Counted from the first letter of the whole stretch, positions 38,528 through 49,109 are shown. The stretch: 63,085 bases of DNA, filler included, from Trichosphaerium sp. ATCC 40318 (GCA_038496445.1; 3 parts of 3 records of this genome joined end to end with filler, not necessarily neighbours in it); one strand, 5' to 3'. Notes: generated by a model from the sequence alone, not told the origin. Numbers and translations: made by a program.

Positions 38528-39406
38528 ATGGATTATAAACCGCGCGAGAAAAGAGATTACGGCTCACTTGATGTTAAGCCCAACGCGGGTGAAATGATTA
38601 AGCCAGCCGAAACGATTGATATCGTCGGTGTCGAAAACCTCACCCTGCAAGATAAACGCGTTTGGAACGCCCTTATAGCAAACGCACACGGGCCAAACAT
38701 GCGTGAGGTAGGCAGAGACTTCAAAATAGACTTAACGCCTCTACGGGCAAACCATAACGGCAATGAGCGCATAGAAGATACAATCGAACGGCTCATGAAG
38801 ACGATTGCAGTCTGCCACATGCCAAATGGCTCTGTGACGCGGTTTCAGCTTCTGGGCGGCAATAACATGGGTGACCCGATGCGCCCGCGTGGTGAGCTAA
38901 CCTACAGCTTTGATAAGCGCCTCACTGAGGTTTTAAGCTCGTCAATCAGCTTTGGTAAGCTGGAGCTATCGGTTATGGCCGCTTTCAACAGCAAGTACGC
39001 CCTCGCCCTTTATGAACACGTTGCCCGCCGCATCAATATGAAATCATATGCTGTGCAAGAATACACCGTTGATGAAGTGCGCGATATCTTAGGTGTTGGC
39101 CCAAAGCAGCTAAAGGCATTTGGCAATCTCAAGCAAAGGGCACTCGTCCCTGCCCTAGAAGAAGTCAATTATTGGGCTGATTTTCGCGTTGCTCTGTCTT
39201 ACAAAAAAACAGGTCAGCGCGTGACGGGAATTTGTATGACTTGGCATTACAAAGACAGAGAAAGTCGCGCCAGAGCGAAGGCGGAGCTGGACAAGTCCCG
39301 CGACGGTCGCAAGGCGAGAATGAAAAACATCACGGAAACAATCGTCATTTTGCAGGACGACCCGTTGCTTGGCTTAAACAGCGAGAGCTTGTTTGAGAAC
39401 GATTAG
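38528..39406 (+). CDS. repA: Plasmid replication initiator, Rep_3 family
   Basis: LTLQDKRVWNALIANA, FNSKYALALYE, DEVRDILGV and FGNLKQRALVPALEEVN; follows the iterons. Confidence 0.9.
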   Translation: MDYKPREKRDYGSLDVKPNAGEMIKPAETIDIVGVENLTLQDKRVWNALIANAHGPNMREVGRDFKIDLTPLRANHNGNERIEDTIERLMKTIAVCHMPNGSVTRFQLLGGNNMGDPMRPRGELTYSFDKRLTEVLSSSISFGKLELSVMAAFNSKYALALYEHVARRINMKSYAVQEYTVDEVRDILGVGPKQLKAFGNLKQRALVPALEEVNYWADFRVALSYKKTGQRVTGICMTWHYKDRESRARAKAELDKSRDGRKARMKNITETIVILQDDPLLGLNSESLFEND

Positions 39407-39448
39407 GGCAAGTCAGCCTACCCTTTTAAATATTTCATATCACACAAA

Positions 39449-39550
39449 ACATTCGATAGTTTCGATACATTCAAAACTATCGAATGTTTTAATAGTTTTG
39501 TAATTTTATAAAACTACGATAGAATCGAAACTAATGATTCAATCGAAAGT
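39449..39550. repeat. Short ~9-bp TCGA-core repeats, candidate partition centromere/operator (similar cluster at 40472-40500)
   Basis: ttcgatagt ttcgataca ttcaaaact atcgaatgt ... atcgaaact; the motif recurs right after the par operon. Confidence 0.6.
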
Positions 39551-39556
39551 TACAAA

Positions 39557-40201
39557 ATGAAGATTACCGTTTACAGCGCAAAAGGCTCGGCAGGGAAAAC
39601 GCCCATTGCCACCAATATTGCCCTTGATAGGGAATATGCCATTGGCACAAACGAGCAATTTCATGTCTTTGATAGCTTTATCCCAGACGACCGTCTGCTG
39701 GCGGTCGATTTAACCGAGGCATTTCCTGAAATTCCAGACGGTATTGATATCGTTTTTGATTTGGCTGGTGCTATTTCAGAGCATTCAAACAGCATTACAA
39801 GCGCTGTGCAGCAATCCGATTTGGTAATTGTGCCGATATTCAATGAAGTGAAATCACTTAATAGTGGCATCGGAACAATCCATGAAATTTCAAAATTCAC
39901 CCAATCAATTTTAGTGGTCGCGACTAAACTACAAAAACAAAGCGGTGAAATCTTCAAAGGCGATTGGACACAAAGCCGAGATTTTCAAAATGTCGCCGAT
40001 GCGGTGAGGGCGAATATAGATTTTGACGTGCCTGTACTGCCACTAAAATTTTCAAAGGCGTTCGATGCAATTTTTGAAAAAGAGCAGCCCATCAGCCAAA
40101 TCATGGCCGAAGACCCGCTAGCTCGATACAATTATCGTGAAGTTTCCGCGCAATTTGACGACATTTATAAATATATCGACGGAGGCAAACATGCCGAGTA
40201 A
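39557..40201 (+). CDS. parA: ParA-family partition ATPase (short, type Ib-like)
   Basis: Deviant Walker A SAKGSAGKT, IVFDLAG and SDLVIVP. Confidence 0.88.
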   Translation: MKITVYSAKGSAGKTPIATNIALDREYAIGTNEQFHVFDSFIPDDRLLAVDLTEAFPEIPDGIDIVFDLAGAISEHSNSITSAVQQSDLVIVPIFNEVKSLNSGIGTIHEISKFTQSILVVATKLQKQSGEIFKGDWTQSRDFQNVADAVRANIDFDVPVLPLKFSKAFDAIFEKEQPISQIMAEDPLARYNYREVSAQFDDIYKYIDGGKHAE

Positions 40202-40475
40202 AAATGATTTATCTGCGCTGAAAAGTGCCACACAAAAGCCTGTAATACTGCCGTCGAACAATCCGCAGCCCGTTATTGAAACGCGAACCAACACGAGGAA
40301 CACGCAAAGTTCCAAAGTAGGGGGGCGTCCTGCAAAGCCAAAGGCAGAGAAACGGAGCTACAAGGTGGTTTTATCTCTAACAGAAGCAGAAGGGGAAAAG
40401 CTCTCTGATAGAGCAGGGTTGGCAGGTGATGCGACTTACCTTTACGCCAAACTCAAAGAATTAAAGATTATATAG
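40191..40475 (+). CDS. Small ParA partner, putative centromere-binding protein (ParG/RHH-like)
   Basis: ATG at 40191 overlaps the parA end; flexible N-terminus then GGRPAKPK...KVVLSLTEAE. Confidence 0.7.
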   Translation: MPSKNDLSALKSATQKPVILPSNNPQPVIETRTNTRNTQSSKVGGRPAKPKAEKRSYKVVLSLTEAEGEKLSDRAGLAGDATYLYAKLKELKII

Positions 40476-40507
40476 TTTCGATACACTCGAAACTCTCAAA
40501 ATGCATT

Positions 40508-41926
40508 CTAATGCTCACGTTTCCGCACACGCCCTTTGCGTTTGCGTCCTTTTCGCGCTTCACGGTTAAATTCAGCACGTTGCTGGCCGTTTGAAGGCTC
40601 CTGAGCCGCTTTCGTCTCTTTGCGGGTGGATTGCGTCGCTTCGGCCACCTTGAACGCTCTGGTGCGCTCCTGCTTGCGAGTACGCCACATGCGTTGCAGT
40701 GCGGTTTTCTCGCCGTCCTGCTTGTCCTTCAAAAGCTGCCTGCGATTATCAAAATTCTGCCGCATGCGGGCAAGGGCGCTTTGTTGGTCAATCTTCACTT
40801 GTCCAATGGCCGCGTTAATATCGGCCTTCTGCTCGATGTTGGCTTTGCGCCATTCAGCATTATGCGCTCTGTCCAACTCGGCGCGTCTGGCTTTTGAGCT
40901 GATTAGGAAATTAAACAGGCTGGTCGGCTTGCCTCCTTCTTCTCGGCCAAGTGCTTTTGAGGCAGAGGCGGCAGCAATGGCATTTTCGAGCTTGCCGAGC
41001 ATACGCTTCTCACGTTTCTCGAAGGCTTTGACTTCTCGATATTGCCGTTTGGCAATTTCCGAGCGCAAAGGCTTATGGTCGGCCTTTACATCAGCGATTG
41101 CCTTTTGAAACGGAGTAGGGGATGCGCCCCGATTGTAAACCGCTTTCTTTGCGTCCGCGTAGTCGCGTGAGTAGGCCTGCCACTCGTGCGAATGACGCGA
41201 ATGCATCTTCTGGCCATAAGCGGCTAAATCCGCGTCCTTGGCCTTCTGTGCCTCTTTCAGCTTCAGAATATCATTATCGTTTGAATGACCAAGCACTTCA
41301 GCCTGGTCTTTCAAATGATAGGGCTTGTCGCCCTTGGCCGAGAAGCTCTCACCAAGGTCGCGGCGCTTCCAATTCTCAACGCGGTTTTCGCAATAAATCT
41401 GGCCGCGTTCCTGCTCGTAAGACATAGCCCATTTGGAAAGCCGTTCCTGATACTTCCACAAGTCCAGCATTTTGCCATGGTCGGGATTAACGCGGTTTAT
41501 CACCACATGCACATGCGGGTGCTTGGTGTCATTGTGCGCAATGATAGCGGCCTGATAGCCTTCCGCGCCAAGCGCACGAAGGCTCTCATCTGCCGCCCGC
41601 AACATTTCAGATTTGCTCAGGCGGTCTTTCTCGTCGGGATGCCAGCCGAGCGAATAATGAAAAACCACCTTATCGGATTTGTTGCCGGCTGCGGATTGTC
41701 CAGCCTCGCGCTTAAGCGCGTCCTGCTGGTTGGCCGTTGCCCGCATGATGCGATAAGCCAAGTCGGGATTGTCGGTCGCAAGATTCCGAAACTCCGTCCA
41801 GTCTACGCGCTCGGCTGTGTCATTCGCAGCCTGACCTTCAAGGCGCTTGTCGTGCTGTAAGTAGGCAAACACGCCCTTGAAACTCGTGCCAGTGGCGCGG
41901 CCTTTGGTGGCAGCTTTAGGTGTCAT
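40508..41926 (-). CDS. Relaxase, MOB_P/VirD2-like, with long helical C-terminus
   Basis: SFKGVFAYLQ (catalytic Tyr), VFHYSLGWHPDE and AHNDTKHPHVHVVINRV (HUH). Confidence 0.93.
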   Translation of the reverse strand: MTPKAATKGRATGTSFKGVFAYLQHDKRLEGQAANDTAERVDWTEFRNLATDNPDLAYRIMRATANQQDALKREAGQSAAGNKSDKVVFHYSLGWHPDEKDRLSKSEMLRAADESLRALGAEGYQAAIIAHNDTKHPHVHVVINRVNPDHGKMLDLWKYQERLSKWAMSYEQERGQIYCENRVENWKRRDLGESFSAKGDKPYHLKDQAEVLGHSNDNDILKLKEAQKAKDADLAAYGQKMHSRHSHEWQAYSRDYADAKKAVYNRGASPTPFQKAIADVKADHKPLRSEIAKRQYREVKAFEKREKRMLGKLENAIAAASASKALGREEGGKPTSLFNFLISSKARRAELDRAHNAEWRKANIEQKADINAAIGQVKIDQQSALARMRQNFDNRRQLLKDKQDGEKTALQRMWRTRKQERTRAFKVAEATQSTRKETKAAQEPSNGQQRAEFNREARKGRKRKGRVRKREH

Positions 41927-42275
41927 AGGCCGCTCCCACTTTGGCAAGAACAGCGCGTAGCTCGGCCACCGCTTCATCCATGTCATGGGGAAGACCGTGG
42001 CCGCGATTAACACCCTTCGCAATCTGGTTCAGATTCACGCCAGTGCGGTTGAGTTCCAAAAGCATTTTGTCCTCAACAACGCTTGCGCGAGGAGCAACCT
42101 TGCGGCGGGTGGCAATCGAACGGATATATTCAGAAACGCTCAATCCTGCGGTCGCAGCTTGAGCTTCAATGAATGACATTTCTTCGGGATTAACGCGGAT
42201 AGAGGGTAGGGCAAGTGTCCTTGCTTGCCCTGCTGCCTTCATAGGCCGTCCGCGTTTTTTACCTGTGTCAGTCAT
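41916..42275 (-). CDS. mobC: MobC relaxosome accessory protein
   Basis: IRVNPEE...AGLSVSEYIR and ELNRTGVNLNQIAK; overlaps the relaxase start. Confidence 0.92.
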   Translation of the reverse strand: MTDTGKKRGRPMKAAGQARTLALPSIRVNPEEMSFIEAQAATAGLSVSEYIRSIATRRKVAPRASVVEDKMLLELNRTGVNLNQIAKGVNRGHGLPHDMDEAVAELRAVLAKVGAAYDT

Positions 42276-42317
42276 GTCCGTTTCGTCAATTTCCAATTGG
42301 CGCTTCTAAGCTGGTTT

Positions 42318-42375
42318 GAAGGGGTGGCGCTAGACCCCTCACAAGATTTAATGCATCGCATTAAACCATCTTGCT
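42318..42375 (+). other. Putative oriT with RP4-type nic (CATCTTG^C at 42367-42374)
   Basis: Hairpin AGGGGT-N8-ACCCCT and inverted repeat TTAATGC-atc-GCATTAA just 5' of CATCTTGC; upstream of mobC. Confidence 0.72.
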
Positions 42376-42800
42376 ACTAATATTACATAACATGCCGTAA
42401 ATCACCGCGTTATGCAAACAAAACCGTAATCCCGATACTGCGCTCCCGCTTTTTGCTAGACTGACCCATGCACCGTATCTGCACCACAAAAAGCAAAAAG
42501 CCTTCAATACCAGCCATGAAATGACTGTCTGCCGTTCCATTATTAAAAGCATATAGCGCCAAGATAATTTGACTTCCTCACAGCTCTGTGACTCAATCAA
42601 AACTGAAAAATAAGAATGTTGCTCGGCTCGCCAAAAGCAACCTGTGGCCTTCGGTCAATGTCACCTTCGACGCTTACCATCGGTCATTCAGAACCATGCT
42701 GAAAAGGGACGCTCCGCTCGTTGCCCTTGTCACCAGAACCATGAACGCCCGAAGCCGCTCAAGCGAAGACGACACCGAAAGCAACAAGGTTTAGAAGTTT

Positions 42801-44333
42801 ATGAATGACGATGAAATGTTCGGTTTTGCCGATAAAGCCGCACTTAAACAATATAGCGAAACCTCATCATCATTCCTGCTTGGTAAAGCGCATCAAGACC
42901 ACGGTACAAGTCTTCAACTTGGCATCAATGACGATAGACATTTATTTATCATAGCAGGTTCTCGTAGTGGCAAAGGCACGTCCATGATTATTCCCAATCT
43001 GCTACATTGGCAGGGCGGTGTATTCTGCATCGACCCAAAGGGCGAGAATGCTGCAGTCACTGCGATAAGACGCGGGACAACCAAACAAGCGAAAGGGACG
43101 GGAACAAGCGTTCGAAAATTCCTAGACCACAAAGTCGCGATTCTCGACCCTATGGGGGCAGTTAAAGGCGCGGCAAAAACCTACAAAACAAACTATGACC
43201 CATTAAGCGATATTGATATCGGCAGCGATGATGAAGTCGGCCAAATCCTATCAATCGGTGAGGCCGTCGTCATGTCTGACAGTGAGGGAGAAACCCATTG
43301 GACAGACAGTGCCCGTATCGTCTTCTGCGGCATCATTGAAGCTGTCATCCATACCGAAAAAAACAAAGCCAACCACACTCTAACTTTCTGTCGTTCAATT
43401 TATCAACGTGGTCTTTCTGACTTTTATGAAGAAGAAAACGGACAGGGTGAAATAACACCCAAACGGCAAAGCGCGCTTGATTATCTAAGGAAATCCCCGA
43501 AAACGGAAGGCGGGCTGGCTGTAGATGCGTTGACACTTCTTGAAGATGCTGGCGAAGATGAAAGTGGCTCATTCTCCACAACGCTTGCTCGACAACTACA
43601 ATGGCTTTCTGACCCACGTATGCAGCGCCATTTACAAAATGACGGTTTTTCTCTCGCCAAAGCCGTTCGGGAAAACTGGTCAATTTATGTTTGTATTCCG
43701 CCCTCGCAAATTGCCCGCATGAAACGATGGATGCGCTGTCTTATACGCACGGGATTAGATGCAAAGATGCTTTCAAAAAAACAACATAAGGGGCAACAAA
43801 CGCTGTTCTTGCTTGATGAGTTTTTTGCGCTTGGAAAAATGAGTGAGATAGAAAACTCTGCCGCTTATATGGCTGGCTATGGTATCAAACTTGTACCGGT
43901 TATTCAAAACATCGGGCAAATAAAAGAACTTTATAAAAAGAATTGGGAAACCTTCCTCGGCAATGCAGGCGCAATTATCGCTTGGGGTTTGAATGACTTG
44001 GACACAGAAAACTATATTGCAGACCGTATCGGCAAAGCACTGACTTGGGAATTGTCGCAATCGGCTGGTTCAACCCGTACAGCAGGGCATTGGTTCAACG
44101 CATCCAGCAATAAATCGACCAGCACGTCATTGCAGGAAAGGCAAATACGTCGTTCAAATGAAATTCATATGGATGGGGCGCGAGAAACAGGGCGGGCATA
44201 TATCATTCCTGCGGCATCCGCGCCATTTATGGTTATGCGACAAGAATATTTCGAGCGCTATCAAAGCGATAATATTTATGAGCCGATAGAGTTCATTGAG
44301 CATTGGGAAGAACAATATGGCTCGCGCACCTAA
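42801..44333 (+). CDS. virD4: Type IV coupling protein, VirD4/TraG family, without N-terminal TM helices
   Basis: Walker A AGSRSGKGT, IDPKGE, Walker B FLLDEF and VIQNIGQIKELY. Confidence 0.92.
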   Translation: MNDDEMFGFADKAALKQYSETSSSFLLGKAHQDHGTSLQLGINDDRHLFIIAGSRSGKGTSMIIPNLLHWQGGVFCIDPKGENAAVTAIRRGTTKQAKGTGTSVRKFLDHKVAILDPMGAVKGAAKTYKTNYDPLSDIDIGSDDEVGQILSIGEAVVMSDSEGETHWTDSARIVFCGIIEAVIHTEKNKANHTLTFCRSIYQRGLSDFYEEENGQGEITPKRQSALDYLRKSPKTEGGLAVDALTLLEDAGEDESGSFSTTLARQLQWLSDPRMQRHLQNDGFSLAKAVRENWSIYVCIPPSQIARMKRWMRCLIRTGLDAKMLSKKQHKGQQTLFLLDEFFALGKMSEIENSAAYMAGYGIKLVPVIQNIGQIKELYKKNWETFLGNAGAIIAWGLNDLDTENYIADRIGKALTWELSQSAGSTRTAGHWFNASSNKSTSTSLQERQIRRSNEIHMDGARETGRAYIIPAASAPFMVMRQEYFERYQSDNIYEPIEFIEHWEEQYGSRT

Positions 44334-44808
44334 GCCTCCCAAAATTGATGATGATAAACCATTCCTACAATACGCCATCAAAACGGTCTTAAAATTTATC
44401 TTCATCCTATGGCTTTTTAGCCAAGCCATGGGTTTCATATTTTACGCGCTCTATCACTATACACCGATACATTTTCGGGAATTCATGTTTCGTGATTATC
44501 TCGATTTCTGGGATAGATGGGGCGATGATGTTATGCCCGACTGGACGATGTATATTCCCACATGGAAAAGCCCATACCTTTGGGCTATAATCATTTTTTT
44601 AATTTCGATGCGTTTCTTGGCAAAACAGAAAAAGGCCACTCAACGCAATAGCTCGAGACAAAAATCATCTAGGCAAAATAAAAAATCAAGTCGGACAAAA
44701 AGTCAAAGAAAAGCACCGCCAGATGATGACGATTTTGACTTCGATGAATCTAAATTCAAAAGCAAAAAAAGTGCGTTTCACGCATTGAGAATTTGGCGCG
44801 ATGAGTGA
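44317..44808 (+). CDS. Hypothetical membrane protein (second copy)
   Basis: Identical repeat copy. Confidence 0.7.
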   Translation: MARAPKPPKIDDDKPFLQYAIKTVLKFIFILWLFSQAMGFIFYALYHYTPIHFREFMFRDYLDFWDRWGDDVMPDWTMYIPTWKSPYLWAIIIFLISMRFLAKQKKATQRNSSRQKSSRQNKKSSRTKSQRKAPPDDDDFDFDESKFKSKKSAFHALRIWRDE

Positions 44809-45460
44809 CAGAGGCCAAATACTTCTTATCAACATTATTGGCTGGATTGCCTTCTCAATCGTAGGCATATGGTGGTCGAATATTGTACTGCGTTGGCTGT
44901 TTGCGAATGTGCTTCCCACTGCGCCAAAACAACAATGGTCTTGGTCTATCCTATCAGGTGATTTTTCCATTTTTGGCCTGTTGGGACTAACACTTTTTAC
45001 ATTTGCTATTTGCGCCGCAACGCTTGCGGCACTCCTGTTTATTGCCCGCGTTATTTGGGACATAGTTCTAGGCACGGTTTCAATTATCCTTGTAATTTGG
45101 GGCTTCTTTCGCAAATTGTTTGAAATACCGACCGATATATTTTTAGGACTAAGAGGCAATTCAAATGTGATGCGTTCCTACTTCTCACTAAAGCGGTTCA
45201 TTCTGCGCAATGACGGCAGGGGATATCAAAAAAAGACTGAATATAAATCATCCGAAAAAGAGCAAAGGAAGGAAGAAAGACAAGAAAAAAGCTCTAACAA
45301 CAATCACCAAAGCTCGAGCGATTCATCACATTACGGTTCAGATAAACGGCACAGAGATGATGCAAAATTTTGGGCTTTTGTAGACGACCCGAACGCCTCA
45401 AATTCTGAACGTGAAACGGCATTCCGCAAAATAATGGAGCGCGAGAAAAAACGAAAGTAA
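44801..45460 (+). CDS. Hypothetical multi-TM protein with charged C-terminal domain (219 aa)
   Basis: Overlaps the upstream gene; about 3 hydrophobic segments; intact in this copy. Confidence 0.75.
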   Translation: MSDRGQILLINIIGWIAFSIVGIWWSNIVLRWLFANVLPTAPKQQWSWSILSGDFSIFGLLGLTLFTFAICAATLAALLFIARVIWDIVLGTVSIILVIWGFFRKLFEIPTDIFLGLRGNSNVMRSYFSLKRFILRNDGRGYQKKTEYKSSEKEQRKEERQEKSSNNNHQSSSDSSHYGSDKRHRDDAKFWAFVDDPNASNSERETAFRKIMEREKKRK

Positions 45461-45575
45461 AAGCGCTCATAGACTTAATTTCTTAAATATCGCCAACGAA
45501 AGACGTTGCAAAATCTATCCATAACGCCCGCATACGCGACCTTAGCTGGTTAAGCCAGGTCGCGCTGCAACAGGC

Positions 45576-45902
45576 TCAATATTCCTGTGCCAGCATGATT
45601 GTGAGAACACGGCACGTCTGTTTCGGGTCGGCAGGGTCTTCACTGCCGCGCTCCATATCTGGGGCGTAATAGTCAATCTTCCAGAAGATTTTCCCCGCGC
45701 CTGATTGCTCAAACGCTCCAAAATCATGCTCGCCATAGGGGTCGTTATCCTCGCTGAAATCATCGAAGGTTCTGACCTTGGTGATGATACTTTCCTGCAC
45801 CTCGGCAGGTAGCTGGTTGATACCAACTGTCGTGAGAACTTTGCCGCCTAGGTAGGTGTTTCGCAGAAGGTCATTGAGTTGTGAAATTGTGTTTTGTGTC
45901 AT
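45576..45902 (-). CDS. DUF3768 domain protein (second copy)
   Basis: Identical repeat copy. Confidence 0.9.
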   Translation of the reverse strand: MTQNTISQLNDLLRNTYLGGKVLTTVGINQLPAEVQESIITKVRTFDDFSEDNDPYGEHDFGAFEQSGAGKIFWKIDYYAPDMERGSEDPADPKQTCRVLTIMLAQEY

Positions 45903-46346
45903 CGTTTTTCTTTCTGTTGCTTGGTCGGTTAATTCCAACCGTTGCGCCAAAAAGGGCAGTCGATGGCAGGCTCGTCATGCTCAACACGGGAGCGAAGCGA
46001 ATGGAGCGGGCAGGGCATTGACGACAGCGAAGAGGCCTCGCCACGTCTGCCAAAATGCGCTCAAATATGGTTGTGATTGATTGACCGAGTGAGGGTCGAA
46101 ACGGTGTCAGGAAACCCAGAAGGTTCCATATATTCATTTTATGCGACAAATGAATAGCCAGTTAGAACCTGAATTGAAAACGTCCGTGAATGGCAGAGAT
46201 TAACCTTAAGTTAACATTGAAAATTTAGTTTGATAGCGCCAACAGCAGGCTCAATGAAGCGACATGTCATTCGTCGCTGATACTTTTCGGTGCTGACAAG
46301 CTTTATGACGAAGCTAAAGCAACTTTAATCTGAGGGTTTCAACGGT

Positions 46347-47045
46347 ATGACCATTATTTCGCTTATGACGCATCATGGCTCGGCACCAACTTATTCGGTT
46401 GGATACCAGCTGCCGTCGACAAACTTGAAGATGGCAAACCTTCAAAATCCGGTTGGTGGCTCCAAGGGTCTCTCGTTCAACCCAGCTGAAAATCACTCAT
46501 CAAGCGCCATGGCAAAGATATTTGATATCATCGCAAACATGGACGGCGATAAAGCTGGAGGTGGCAGGTTTGGCGGACAGCTAAGCAAGAATGAAGCTGC
46601 TGCCATGAAGCAGTACAAGAATGTTGTTGAGACTGTGAACCTCACTAAAGACGATCTGGTTGAGATGATTAAAACTGGTGAATGGGCTGAAAAATATACA
46701 GGTGGCAATCATACAGTAGAAGAACAGGCACGTCTGGATTTAGTGCGCGATGTAGTGGCAAGTGGTGTTGCTACGGTCATTGATCTCGAAGACTGGGGAT
46801 ACAAGACTGAAATTTCTGGCAATATTCATTTTGATGGAGACGGCAGTTTCAGCGGTGGATCATTCTCACATATCAGAGAATACGCCCCGGGCCTGAAAAA
46901 TCCGGTGACTGACAATATGGTCATGGACGGTGACAAAATCGTACGGGATGAAAACGGTTGGCCGACGGATAAAAAGACCGGTCATTATGCAACAATGATG
47001 GCAGTTGGTGCTATTGAACTGTATATAACGTGGCCGAAAGATTGA
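46347..47045 (+). CDS. Hypothetical protein (second copy)
   Basis: Identical repeat copy. Confidence 0.75.
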   Translation: MTIISLMTHHGSAPTYSVGYQLPSTNLKMANLQNPVGGSKGLSFNPAENHSSSAMAKIFDIIANMDGDKAGGGRFGGQLSKNEAAAMKQYKNVVETVNLTKDDLVEMIKTGEWAEKYTGGNHTVEEQARLDLVRDVVASGVATVIDLEDWGYKTEISGNIHFDGDGSFSGGSFSHIREYAPGLKNPVTDNMVMDGDKIVRDENGWPTDKKTGHYATMMAVGAIELYITWPKD

Positions 47046-47168
47046 GCCGGTATCCAGATTGTCCACCCTCTTAAAACTGTTGCAAAAACTATCCTTTTTG
47101 CAACGGTTTTTTGTGGATAACAAAATCAATCACTTGGCTGTCGCAAAATCTTGTCGCAAAATCATTGC

Positions 47169-47735
47169 ATGAAAATTGGATATGCCCGCGTCTCAACCGT
47201 TGACCAAAACCCGAACGCGCAACGTGACGCGCTGAAGCTGGCAGGGTGTGAAAAAATAGTCACCGAAAAAGTGTCGGGCGCATCCCTAAAGCGCCCAAAA
47301 TTGGAAAAGCTGTTGCGCTCACTCAATTCTGGTGATGTTCTAACGGTATGGCGATTAGATAGGGTCGGTCGCTCATTGCCACATCTTCTCAATGTCGTTG
47401 CAGACCTGAAGGCGCGAGAAGTTGGTTTTCAATCGCTCAATGAAACAATCGACACAACCACGGCCAATGGTGAGCTAATCTTCCACATATTTGCATCAGT
47501 AGCGCAATTTGAACGCTCTCTGTTAGTCGAACGCACTCAGGCGGGGCTTGTGTCAGCAAAAAAGCGTGGAGTGCGTCTAGGACGGCCTCCTGCGCTTAAA
47601 ACAGCGCAAATAAAACACGCCAAGAAGCTGATTGAATCGGGTGAACGGCCATCTGCTGTTGCAGCTTCTCTAGGTGTAAATCGCGCAACCCTTTACCGTG
47701 CAGTCAAAAATACTAGAAAAATGGAAACTGCTTAG
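47169..47735 (+). CDS. Serine recombinase (second copy)
   Basis: Identical repeat copy. Confidence 0.95.
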   Translation: MKIGYARVSTVDQNPNAQRDALKLAGCEKIVTEKVSGASLKRPKLEKLLRSLNSGDVLTVWRLDRVGRSLPHLLNVVADLKAREVGFQSLNETIDTTTANGELIFHIFASVAQFERSLLVERTQAGLVSAKKRGVRLGRPPALKTAQIKHAKKLIESGERPSAVAASLGVNRATLYRAVKNTRKMETA

Positions 47736-47996
47736 ATGAATGATGATAAATACAACCGTTCTATCAACCTGCTATGCCCCACATGCGGCGGAGACCAATT
47801 TGAATTTGATGGAGAAGAAGCCACAGAATACAAATGCGGCTCATGCGGTTTGGAAATACAAAAAAACGCGCTTATGGAAGCCAACAGCGAGAACATAGAA
47901 GAGCATACAAAAGAGATAGGTCGGGAAATCACGAATGACCTCATGAAAAACTTTAAAAAAACGCTTGGCGGCAACAAAGGCTTTAAGTTCAAATGA
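47736..47996 (+). CDS. Small zinc-ribbon protein (second copy)
   Basis: Identical repeat copy. Confidence 0.8.
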   Translation: MNDDKYNRSINLLCPTCGGDQFEFDGEEATEYKCGSCGLEIQKNALMEANSENIEEHTKEIGREITNDLMKNFKKTLGGNKGFKFK

Positions 47997-48484
47997 CACC
48001 AGAACCCACGTCTTTCTTAACTATTACCGCCTCTGATATAGTCGCGCTTCTAGCCTTTTTACTTTCGGCATTCGCTGTTTGGAAGACGGCTAAATTCAAT
48101 AAACGACAGGAAGCAATGATTGATAGTCAGACGGAACTAAATCAACGTCTTCTCGAGCGAGAAAAAAACGAAGATACCTCATCAAAAATGTCTGATTTGG
48201 GCGCAAATCTTATTAAGCTAGGAAGCAGTAAATATCGAGTGAAAGTGTTCAATAAGGGAAAAGCAACAGCCACAAATGTCCGCCTCATTATCATGAGCGA
48301 CGATAGCCCGCTTATTCAAAGTGACATAGACGCAAAATTCCCATTTGCCACACTCGAAACGCATCAGTCAGTCGAACTGCTGGCATCTGTCCATATGAGT
48401 TCGCCAGCTAAATCAGAAATCAAGATAATATGGGATGACGATTATCAATCTAATCGAGAAAAACTGGTCTTCCTGACCCTATAG
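47993..48484 (+). CDS. TM/beta-sandwich hypothetical protein (second copy)
   Basis: Identical repeat copy. Confidence 0.8.
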   Translation: MTPEPTSFLTITASDIVALLAFLLSAFAVWKTAKFNKRQEAMIDSQTELNQRLLEREKNEDTSSKMSDLGANLIKLGSSKYRVKVFNKGKATATNVRLIIMSDDSPLIQSDIDAKFPFATLETHQSVELLASVHMSSPAKSEIKIIWDDDYQSNREKLVFLTL

Positions 48485-48554
48485 CAAAAGTTCCGTTTCA
48501 ACCTCTATCCCGCATAGCCAGCTGTAACGGCAAAATAATTATCGGATTATTACA

Positions 48555-49109
48555 ATGTCGAAGGACGAAAAAATTGAAATAATACAATTGCTCAATGAGA
48601 TTTTCTCAAACGTGAATGGATGGCTCCATTTTGCGGAGGCGAAAAATGGGCTCTTAACAACCATAAATATTGCTATCGTTACAGCATGCTTTAGTTTTCT
48701 TTCGAGTGAAAACTACACAAATTTGTACTTTGTTTTCTATGTATTTGTTCTTGGTTGTTTTTCTGCTTTTTCAGCAGTAGTTGGCATATTTTCATTTTTT
48801 CCTAGAGTTAAATTATTCAGGAACTCTGGAAATAACAGCAGCTCGCCCGTCGGAAACATCTATTTTTTTGGTGACATCGAAAAACTTGGTGTAGATAATT
48901 TTATTAAATCTGTTTTCGACAAGACTAATACCTCACGACCGCCACATGCATATGAGGAAGACCTTGCACAACAAATTGTTGTAAATTCTAAAATTGCTTC
49001 AAAAAAATATGAGCTTTTCACTCTTTCGCTATGGCTCACACTTTCCGCTTTTATTACACCTGTATTAGCATTCCTCTGTTATCGGATATTTATTGATGAA
49101 GCTCTCTGA
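48555..49109 (+). CDS. pycTM: Pycsar TM effector (second copy)
   Basis: Identical repeat copy. Confidence 0.88.
   Translation: MSKDEKIEIIQLLNEIFSNVNGWLHFAEAKNGLLTTINIAIVTACFSFLSSENYTNLYFVFYVFVLGCFSAFSAVVGIFSFFPRVKLFRNSGNNSSSPVGNIYFFGDIEKLGVDNFIKSVFDKTNTSRPPHAYEEDLAQQIVVNSKIASKKYELFTLSLWLTLSAFITPVLAFLCYRIFIDEAL

Noticed and set aside
40620-42176. Plus-strand ORFs opposite relaxase/mobC
   Set aside because: Antisense shadows of GC-rich coding sequence
42361-42794. Small ORFs between oriT and virD4
   Set aside because: Non-ATG starts and no recognisable product; probably promoter/oriT flank
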